Shown here: in pieces, positions 11,102 to 18,442 of the stretch | How the letters are laid out: the number at the start of each line of letters is the position of its first letter | Position numbering within the stretch: the first letter of the stretch is position 1 | NCBI GenBank assembly: GCA_963708075.1 | Contig: OY970194.1 | Span: 5,664,001-5,728,000, forward strand | Length of the DNA: 64,000 bases | Source: Sedimentisphaerales bacterium | GTDB taxonomy: Bacteria > Planctomycetota > Phycisphaerae > Sedimentisphaerales > Anaerobacaceae | Direction of reading: 5' to 3' | The notes under the pieces: model-generated | What the model was told of the DNA's origin: nothing | Seen by the model: only the letters and a program-made list of their open reading frames with translations | The model's database searches: none | Position numbers and translations under genes: made by a program

Positions 11102-12130
11102 ATGTGTGGCGATCTGTTCAGGAAATGGCTTGTGCTGGTTGTTTGCGTGTGCGGTGTGGCAGCGGCGGGGGAGCCGAACGAGCTAGTGGCGGAGGCAAAC
11201 GAGCCCTGGATTGCGGCCGAACATCTGGCGCCGGGCTGGGAGTCCATGACGCTGGCGACGCGGCTCTTCAACCACGAGATCCCCATAGACAGGCCGATGC
11301 CGCCCAGGCGATCCCTGTCGTTCGGAGGCTGGATGTATGTGATCGATCCCAACGGGTTAATCGGCCTATCGGAGGTAGTGAAGAGTGCGAAGGTGTTCGA
11401 TGAGGTCGGCTACCGGATTCAGGTGGAGTACACTCCGCAGGCGACGACCCGCTACGGGCCCCCGCTGCAGGGACCCTCCTATCAGCCGCTGGAATACCAA
11501 ACAAAAGTGGATGCGGACACCAAGCTGCGGATTGCCAGCCCTGAGCCCTTCAATTTCACAATCGACATGTCGATGGGGTACAATGCCGCATTTCCACTGG
11601 CTCTCAGCCGACTTGAATGGTCGATGTCCGCACTGCGCAGCGACCATATAGGGGCAATCGACATCCCGTTTGCCCCCACCGGGAACTGGACCGAATTGGT
11701 GCCGGGATTGGAGGTCCTCGTGGAGCAGGCGACCGTAGAGGAAGGGAAGTACCGCTATCGGATGAAAACCAGGTACGACCCGAATAGAATCTCATATCTG
11801 GACGTCAGAGACAGTCCTCCCTGTTACACAGGACATGGGCCTGATGTGCCGTACTCATGGCCGTGGCACGCCTATCCGGAGATGATCGTCACCGCCATCG
11901 ACATGCTGGATGCCGAAGGCAACTCTGTCACGACCCAGAGCACAGAATACCGTATAAGCGGCGGCACCACCTTCAAGGACTCCGGCGGCCAGAGAATTGT
12001 CACCCAGCAATACACCGGCACATGTTCCGAATGCGCCAAGGCTGCGTTCATCCGGCACGTTATTGCGTTCAAGCCCTACAATCAGGACTTGCAATTCGTC
12101 CTGGAGAACGTGCCCGTCCCAACCTTCTAG
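11102..12130 (+). CDS. Secreted hypothetical protein
   Basis: RBS AGGAGA before ATG 11102; signal peptide MCGDLFRKWLVLVVCVCGVAAA. Confidence 0.8.
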   Translation: MCGDLFRKWLVLVVCVCGVAAAGEPNELVAEANEPWIAAEHLAPGWESMTLATRLFNHEIPIDRPMPPRRSLSFGGWMYVIDPNGLIGLSEVVKSAKVFDEVGYRIQVEYTPQATTRYGPPLQGPSYQPLEYQTKVDADTKLRIASPEPFNFTIDMSMGYNAAFPLALSRLEWSMSALRSDHIGAIDIPFAPTGNWTELVPGLEVLVEQATVEEGKYRYRMKTRYDPNRISYLDVRDSPPCYTGHGPDVPYSWPWHAYPEMIVTAIDMLDAEGNSVTTQSTEYRISGGTTFKDSGGQRIVTQQYTGTCSECAKAAFIRHVIAFKPYNQDLQFVLENVPVPTF

Positions 12131-12251
12131 CCGTGACGAAGCAGGAGTTGCTGAACATCTGTGGCTGATGGAGAGTCTGGGCCGGCCCGGCTGTTAGTGG
12201 TGGCTGGCATTGTCAAGCGCGTAGCGCTCTGTAATGGCGGCCTGCAATCGC

Positions 12252-15200
12252 TCAACCGCCCCCGGCGCTGCTGAGATCGATGGGATTCGCGTTGAAATCG
12301 TACAGGATGATCCGCGATTGATTGGCCCCGACGTTGTCCTTGTCCAGAATCATGTGGATAAATCGGATTCCTTTATTCTGCAATTGGCTGACGATGACGG
12401 CGGAGATCCCCGGCTCGAGCCTCGGCTCGAAGAGGAAGTGCTCGGCGACATTGTGATGCTCAGGCCGGAACGTCTGGGAGTAATAGCCTTTCAACACGAT
12501 CGGTTCCGTCGTGAGGCCCTCGATGACGGTTCGATCCCATCGCTTCAATGGGCCCGTATTGCCGCCGGCCTGTTCCCACATGGTGAATCCTCGGGGCAGC
12601 GGAGGATAGTAGAAGTACGATTTGACGGAAACGCCGTGATCCACGAGAGACCGCTCCTGGGGCATGTCGGCGCTGCTGGCGGGCGAGCAGGCCCACAGGT
12701 ACACCTCGTTGCCTGTCACAGGGCGCATGCCCGCTGGATGCCAGGACACAACCGGAGCGCCATAGTCCACATTCAGCGGCAGGAACCGGTACGGGACGCG
12801 GTACCCGGAGCAGCCAAGATCCGACGGCGCGAAGATCGGCCGCAGGAATGGCGGAATGGCCGTCGGCACGTCGGGCGTCCAAAGATGGTAAGTTCGGGGG
12901 TTCACCAGATCGGGCAACTGCCAGCTATCGATGGTGTCGTCGTCGATGAGGCTGTGGTTGCCGGACGGCAGGAGGGCCATCTTCCCCGAGATCGTGCGAA
13001 TCCGATCTTCATCGAGGTACTCGATCTGCACGTCGGTGTAGAGACTCTCGCCCAGAGCGTTGGCGTCCAGAACCGTATTGCGGGTCTGGATCGTCCAGCG
13101 GGACTTGAGGCGATGATCGGCGAACACATCGACTGTATCCTTTAACTCGACCTCGCCGGTGTAGACTTCGAATTCGGTAGGTTGGTTGACCAGGCAGGGG
13201 GTCTGCATGCGGTCGGAGGAGGGGACCTGGCGGACCTGCTTGATGACCAGTCCGCCGGCAGGCAGCACGCGCCCGCCGGGAGCGACCTTCTTGTATTCGA
13301 GGTCCAGGATGTATGGGAACTTGCCGGTCCTTCGTTCGAACTCACTGCTGACCTTCAACAGCAGGGCGGTGAGGTCCTTGTAGTCGCTCGATCCCTGGAT
13401 GGATTTGCCCCGCAGCGTACCGGTCAGGACGATATCGCCCAGCCGGACGAGACTGGATGCCCGTTTAAGCTCAGGCCACGTGCTGCTGCCGGACGGGAGG
13501 ATCATCACGGTGACTTCCTCCGGGATCGAGCCATCCTCGGGGTTGGTCACGGAGACCGTCCCCAACTGGGTGACCAGCGTGATGTACGTGTTGGCCTGCA
13601 TTCCATCCCGTTCCACGGTGGCCACGCCGTTGGCCAACTCGATCTCGTCGGGGAAGGAATGGTGAACCACGACAGCCATGCCGACATTCGTCTCGTCCAG
13701 ACCGTGACGCAGGCGCTCCAAATACGCATTGTCGTTATAGAAGCCGGCGAAGACCTGCCGAATCGCCTGGAAGACATCTCGCTCGGACCCGCGGTTCGGA
13801 TCGCAGGCGCACGGGCCGTCGTCGTCGAGGTCAATCGCGTCGTCCAGACAGCCGCTGTAACTGTCGTAGAGACCCGCCCCGATGAAGTCCACGCTGTCCT
13901 CGACGTTGGTCGAGCTGCGGAACCGCAGGGGAACGTTGGGATCGAAACCGTACTTTGGATCGGTCAGCACGTCGATCGTCGCCGCTCGCAGTGCCGCGGT
14001 AAACGCGGTGACGCCGGAATTTGTGAACAGGTTGCGAATCGAGGCCACGTCCCGCGACAGCGTCAGCATGTCCGCGGGCGGGTACGCCGTGTACTTCGAC
14101 AATCGCCGGGCGATCTCCTGTCGCAGCGTCGGACCCGTAACCTCAGGGCGGACCTGCCACCGGGTCGGCTCGTTTGCATCATCGGTCAGGTATATGCCGT
14201 TGAGAACGATGGTTTGATCCGAGGCGTTGTACAGCTCGATCCAGTCCGCGTATTCGCCGCTCTCGCAGGGGTCTTCGATGGTCCGTTTGTTGTTCGCCAT
14301 GAGTTCGTTGATGACCAGGCCGCCCGTGTGCTCGCTCGGGGCGGCTGAGTTCGGCAGGCCGGGGGTGGGACGGTCAAACGCCTGCCATACGTCGCCGCCA
14401 TCGACCGAGCGGCCGTAAGAGACATCCTTCGTCTGACGTCCGAAGTGAATCGAATCCAGCAGGGTGGCTCCATCGACATCGAACAGGCTGATGGTTTCAC
14501 CGTCAGCGTTCAATCGAAAACTCGTATGCGTGGGGCCCTGCTGCTCGTCATCATCGGCCCAGAACAGCATGTGTTCCCGCGGCATCAGGGTGATGGCGGA
14601 GGCGGGCGTGAGCGGCTGGTCGAGAAACGCGTTCCACAGGTCGAACGTCAGTGTGATCGCCCGGGGAGAGTTGTCGGGCACTGCGGCCCGCAATAGGCTG
14701 AAGTTGGCCGCCTTGCCGCCAACGTACTGAATATCCGTGGCTTGCAGTCCCTCTACAGAGACGCCGAACGTCCCCAGCGACGCCATCGGGGAGATGTCCA
14801 GAGGCGCAGCCTGCTTGAGTTGCAGAATCTCTGCGGCGGCCGCGTCATCCAGAATGCCCTCGGTATCCATGATCCGCACGTCTACGCCGAACTCGTCCTC
14901 GTAGGCGCAGAAGACGATTCGGTGTCCGATCAACTGCTGGATGTGCTCGGCATCGGCCGCCAGGGCCAGGTAGACAAAGGGCACCATATACGTCTTGGCG
15001 AGGATGGCCACGTGCGAGTTGGGTGTGGAAGGAGCCAGGGAAATGATGCCCGCGACGAAGGGCACCTCGGCCGGCACCCCATCGGTGAGCAGGATGTCCC
15101 CGGGTTTGAGGACGCCGCTGTGGTAGGCACTGGCAATACTGCCCCCGGGGACGTAGTTGAGCCTGCCGAAGGCCCATCCGGGGGAATAGCAGGCATTGCC

Positions 15201-15848
15201 GCTGGCCCACCGTGCCGTGGACCCCAGCGGGACACCCTGGGATTCGAACCAGTCGCGATTGGCGGAAGCGGCCGCCTGCTGCTCATACGTCGGAAAGTAA
15301 AACACTTGCACATCAGCCGGGGCGCCGACATGGGCTTTGACGAGCTGGAACAGGTCGCGGATTTGTTCCCGCGTGAACGGGTCCTGGCGCACGAATTGAA
15401 TGCCGTATTCACGGAACTGGGGCTCTGTCGGCCAGGCAACCGCCGGGGGCAGGATGACGGTGCCCAGGATGGCCTTTTGGTTCTTCTCGAACAGGGTGGC
15501 CGCGTTGAACTGCGGAGCCGTCATCCCGCGGAAGGGGTCGAGCACTTCCGTGGCGAAGCTGTAGTGGAACACGTACTTGCTGCTGTCCTGGAAGTAGACC
15601 ACGTTGGGATCATACGGCGCCAGGAGAATTGTGAACTTGATCCACTTGACCTTGCCGTCCACGAAACGGCTGTTGCAGAACGTGTCGTATGGGTAGGCGA
15701 TCTGGTTCTTCCAGTAAGGCGACGGACTGATAGTCGGGGGCTCGGCGTGAGCTGCTTGCAGCGTCGCGGCCAGCAGGATAAGGATCGCCCACGCTCGCGA
15801 GCTATTGTCTCGATGTTTACGATCGATGGATCGAAAATGGTCAATCAT
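12252..15848 (-). CDS. Secreted PEP/pyruvate-binding (PPDK_N-like) dikinase-family protein with inserted lamin-tail domain
   Basis: Hydrophobic N-terminus ending AHA; PNSHVAILAK phospho-His-like motif; VGGKAANF; FRSSTNVED...GAGLYDS; IKQVR; LTD motifs INELMANN, DWIELYN, DVSYGR, PTPG. Confidence 0.8.
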   Translation of the reverse strand: MIDHFRSIDRKHRDNSSRAWAILILLAATLQAAHAEPPTISPSPYWKNQIAYPYDTFCNSRFVDGKVKWIKFTILLAPYDPNVVYFQDSSKYVFHYSFATEVLDPFRGMTAPQFNAATLFEKNQKAILGTVILPPAVAWPTEPQFREYGIQFVRQDPFTREQIRDLFQLVKAHVGAPADVQVFYFPTYEQQAAASANRDWFESQGVPLGSTARWASGNACYSPGWAFGRLNYVPGGSIASAYHSGVLKPGDILLTDGVPAEVPFVAGIISLAPSTPNSHVAILAKTYMVPFVYLALAADAEHIQQLIGHRIVFCAYEDEFGVDVRIMDTEGILDDAAAAEILQLKQAAPLDISPMASLGTFGVSVEGLQATDIQYVGGKAANFSLLRAAVPDNSPRAITLTFDLWNAFLDQPLTPASAITLMPREHMLFWADDDEQQGPTHTSFRLNADGETISLFDVDGATLLDSIHFGRQTKDVSYGRSVDGGDVWQAFDRPTPGLPNSAAPSEHTGGLVINELMANNKRTIEDPCESGEYADWIELYNASDQTIVLNGIYLTDDANEPTRWQVRPEVTGPTLRQEIARRLSKYTAYPPADMLTLSRDVASIRNLFTNSGVTAFTAALRAATIDVLTDPKYGFDPNVPLRFRSSTNVEDSVDFIGAGLYDSYSGCLDDAIDLDDDGPCACDPNRGSERDVFQAIRQVFAGFYNDNAYLERLRHGLDETNVGMAVVVHHSFPDEIELANGVATVERDGMQANTYITLVTQLGTVSVTNPEDGSIPEEVTVMILPSGSSTWPELKRASSLVRLGDIVLTGTLRGKSIQGSSDYKDLTALLLKVSSEFERRTGKFPYILDLEYKKVAPGGRVLPAGGLVIKQVRQVPSSDRMQTPCLVNQPTEFEVYTGEVELKDTVDVFADHRLKSRWTIQTRNTVLDANALGESLYTDVQIEYLDEDRIRTISGKMALLPSGNHSLIDDDTIDSWQLPDLVNPRTYHLWTPDVPTAIPPFLRPIFAPSDLGCSGYRVPYRFLPLNVDYGAPVVSWHPAGMRPVTGNEVYLWACSPASSADMPQERSLVDHGVSVKSYFYYPPLPRGFTMWEQAGGNTGPLKRWDRTVIEGLTTEPIVLKGYYSQTFRPEHHNVAEHFLFEPRLEPGISAVIVSQLQNKGIRFIHMILDKDNVGANQSRIILYDFNANPIDLSSAGGG

Positions 15849-15854
15849 AAATAG

Positions 15855-17672
15855 TCAAGGTGAGTGGCTCAGACTCGCCTCGGCGGTGCCACCGTACGCG
15901 CCCATATTGACGATCCCGCCATTGGGAGCGGGCTCGTACCCGATCGGACTGGCCGGATCGCCGGCGTCGATGGCGGGACTGGTCACTTCATCTCGCCGCC
16001 ACGATCCCGCAGCCGGATCCCAGCGGCCGGCCTGGGACTTCAGGTGGTAATCTCCGTTCATCCAGACGGCGCCAGGATTCTCCATCGTGACCACCATGTT
16101 TGGGTCGGCTGGATCCGCCCAATAGCCCGGGCGGGCCAGCAGCGGATCGCTGCGCGTATCACCGAGGGCCGGCCACGATCCGCGAACGTTGCAGTACCGA
16201 ATGGAAGGATCGCTTGTGCCGCGAGCCCTGATCTCGGACGGGTAATTGTCCCAGAGAATTGAATCCACCACGTTGACGTCGCTGTCAACGAGGGCCAGAC
16301 CTGCGCCGTTCTGGCCGGCATAGTTGTCCGCGACCGTGCAGTTGGTCATCACGGCCCGGCTCTGCTCGAAGTACACGGCGGCTCCATTAGGGTCGGTGCA
16401 GAGGTTGCCGACGATCAGGCAGTGGCTCAACTTGGGACTGGCTCCGGAGCAGTAGATCCCACCGGCCAAGCTGCCTCGCCCTCTGGTGATGACGAATCCG
16501 GACAGGCTGCAGTTCCAGCCGGCGCCTGGGTAAATCGCGACGACCGGATCGCCGCCCGTGCCTTCGATGGTGGCGCAGGGACCCGCGTTGGGTCGGCAAG
16601 GATCGATTGCCGTGACGTGGATCATCTTGCCCATCTTGATGTTCCCGCGATAGAGGCCCGGGGCCACGAAGATGGTCACGCCGTCGCGCGCGACTTCGAT
16701 GGCATCCTGGATCCTCGATATCGGGTGCTCCGGGCTGCCGTCCTGATTGGGATCGGATGCGGCATCGTCGTCCACATAGAGCGTGTCCCGCAGGCTCAGG
16801 AAATGCGCCTGGATGTCACAGTCCCAGTCCATAAAGACATTAGTGGGATTGTCGGTGAAGAGGGAGGCACCGGTCCAGCGGTTGAACACGAAGCCCGGAT
16901 CGGCTACGGCGTTGAGGTGGACGTGCGTGTGGTACGGGTACGGGAACTCCCCCTCTCCCGGCTCGACCACGGACCCGCCGAACGTGGAGGACAGCGTCAG
17001 CATTCGTTCGCCGTAATCGAGCTCGATTGTCATTGCCGGATTGTTCGCCCGGATCTGGGGCAGGTACACGTCATAGGCCTCATCGTTCAAAGGGCAGTCC
17101 CGAAGATCGACGTACCGCAGCGTCGTCAGGTTGGCCAGAGGTGAGATGTCGCTGACTGGCGTCCTCAAGAGCGACAATACCGCCAGGCGGGGCATGCTGG
17201 CCAGTGGGGAGAGGTCGCTGACCGGATTCTCACGCAGGGCCAGGAACCACACGTTGACCAGGTTGGACAGGGCCGAGATGTCGCTGATCTTGTTGTGGTG
17301 AAGGTCCAACTGGGTCAGGTTGGTCAGGCCGCTCAGGGGCGAGATATCGCTGATAAAATTGTCGTTCAGGAACAGCGTGTCCAGATTGCTCAACCCCCCG
17401 AGGGGAGTCACATCGCTGAGGTCGTTGGCTCGCAAGCGAAGGGTCTGAAGATTTGAGGCGTACTCCAAGCCTGTCAAGTCGGGCATCTTGACTGATAGCG
17501 CCGTAAGGTTGATCAGATCCAGCATGTCTGTCGGCGTGGGATCGGAAACCTGCAGATGGTTTTCAATGGCTGCCCTGAGATTCGGATCGGGGATATCGAC
17601 CGGCAGCTCGGCCCATGAAGGGCCAGAGACCAATGGCAACAACAACACCAACATGGATAGTGCGCTTCTCAC
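15855..17672 (-). CDS. Secreted internalin-like LRR protein with beta-helix region and DYHLKSQ C-terminal module
   Basis: IPDPNLRAAI cap; LxLxxNxISDISPLxxL repeats; DGSPEHP...IQDAI; DYHLKSQAGRWD...GAYGGT; GTG start with GGAGG. Confidence 0.85.
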   Translation of the reverse strand: MRSALSMLVLLLPLVSGPSWAELPVDIPDPNLRAAIENHLQVSDPTPTDMLDLINLTALSVKMPDLTGLEYASNLQTLRLRANDLSDVTPLGGLSNLDTLFLNDNFISDISPLSGLTNLTQLDLHHNKISDISALSNLVNVWFLALRENPVSDLSPLASMPRLAVLSLLRTPVSDISPLANLTTLRYVDLRDCPLNDEAYDVYLPQIRANNPAMTIELDYGERMLTLSSTFGGSVVEPGEGEFPYPYHTHVHLNAVADPGFVFNRWTGASLFTDNPTNVFMDWDCDIQAHFLSLRDTLYVDDDAASDPNQDGSPEHPISRIQDAIEVARDGVTIFVAPGLYRGNIKMGKMIHVTAIDPCRPNAGPCATIEGTGGDPVVAIYPGAGWNCSLSGFVITRGRGSLAGGIYCSGASPKLSHCLIVGNLCTDPNGAAVYFEQSRAVMTNCTVADNYAGQNGAGLALVDSDVNVVDSILWDNYPSEIRARGTSDPSIRYCNVRGSWPALGDTRSDPLLARPGYWADPADPNMVVTMENPGAVWMNGDYHLKSQAGRWDPAAGSWRRDEVTSPAIDAGDPASPIGYEPAPNGGIVNMGAYGGTAEASLSHSP

Positions 17673-18011
17673 CTCGTCCTCCTGCCGCAAAGCAAATCAC
17701 CTAGTATCCAAGCCCTGAGGGTTATCTCTCAACATAGTATAGCATCCGCACCCGGATATTTTCAAGACAAATCGCCGCAGTCTCCAGGTACACAGGACGG
17801 CATGGACCGCTGGCCCTTCGCACCGAGCGTGCCCTGGGCCGGCCTTGCGCTTGGGACGCCATCTGCATGTAAGTTATGATTGGGCCTATGGTTACATGCT
17901 GCTCGATGCATCAGGCGGGAGGAACGGGCCGTAGGGGGTGTACGAGCAACTCCGTCCACAAGCCAGCGGGGCGGCAAAAAAATTCTTGGAATTCCTGTAA
18001 CATTTTGTTGT

Positions 18012-18055
18012 TTGCTTCGACATATGTAGTAGAATTGCTTCTACGATTGTAGAAG
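18012..18055 (+). promoter_or_regulatory. Tandem BlaI/MecI/CopY-type operators
   Basis: Two units 23 bp apart: ttgcttcgacatatgtagtag and ttgcttctacgattgtagaag; cores resemble TACA-NN-TGTA; second has TTCTAC/GTAGAA dyad. Confidence 0.75.
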
Positions 18056-18065
18056 GGATAGTGAA

Positions 18066-18440
18066 ATGAAGCTGACAGAAGCAGAATGGCAGATCATGAA
18101 TGCGTTGTGGCAGAAGCACCCGGCTACGGCGCGGGAGATCATGGAGCGGCTGGATCGCCGGGTCAAATGGGCCTATACCACAATAAAGACTATGTTGACC
18201 CGACTGGTAGAGAAAGACGCCGTCAGCGAGGTCAAGCAGGGCAATACGAGCGTGTATGAGCCCCTGGTCTCGCAGCAAAAGGCCCGGCTCAGCGCCTTCC
18301 GGTCATTGCTGGATCAGGCCTTTGACGGGGCCGTCGGGCCGCTGGTGCATTTCCTGACGGAGGAAAAGCAGCTCACGGCCAAGGAGAAAAAGGAACTCAG
18401 GAAGATTCTGGAAAGCGAAGTGGAAGATAAGGGAGAGTAG
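18066..18440 (+). CDS. BlaI/MecI/CopY family repressor
   Basis: LTEAEWQIMNALW, WAYTTIKTMLTRLVEK, FDG...LVHF. Confidence 0.95.
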   Translation: MKLTEAEWQIMNALWQKHPATAREIMERLDRRVKWAYTTIKTMLTRLVEKDAVSEVKQGNTSVYEPLVSQQKARLSAFRSLLDQAFDGAVGPLVHFLTEEKQLTAKEKKELRKILESEVEDKGE

Positions 18441-18442
18441 TC

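Noticed and set aside
13182..15854. Long plus-strand ORFs (388 and 370 aa) and similar antisense ORFs elsewhere (45840-47069, 54795-56066)
   Set aside because: Shadow frames of GC-rich genes on the opposite strand, with no recognisable motifs.
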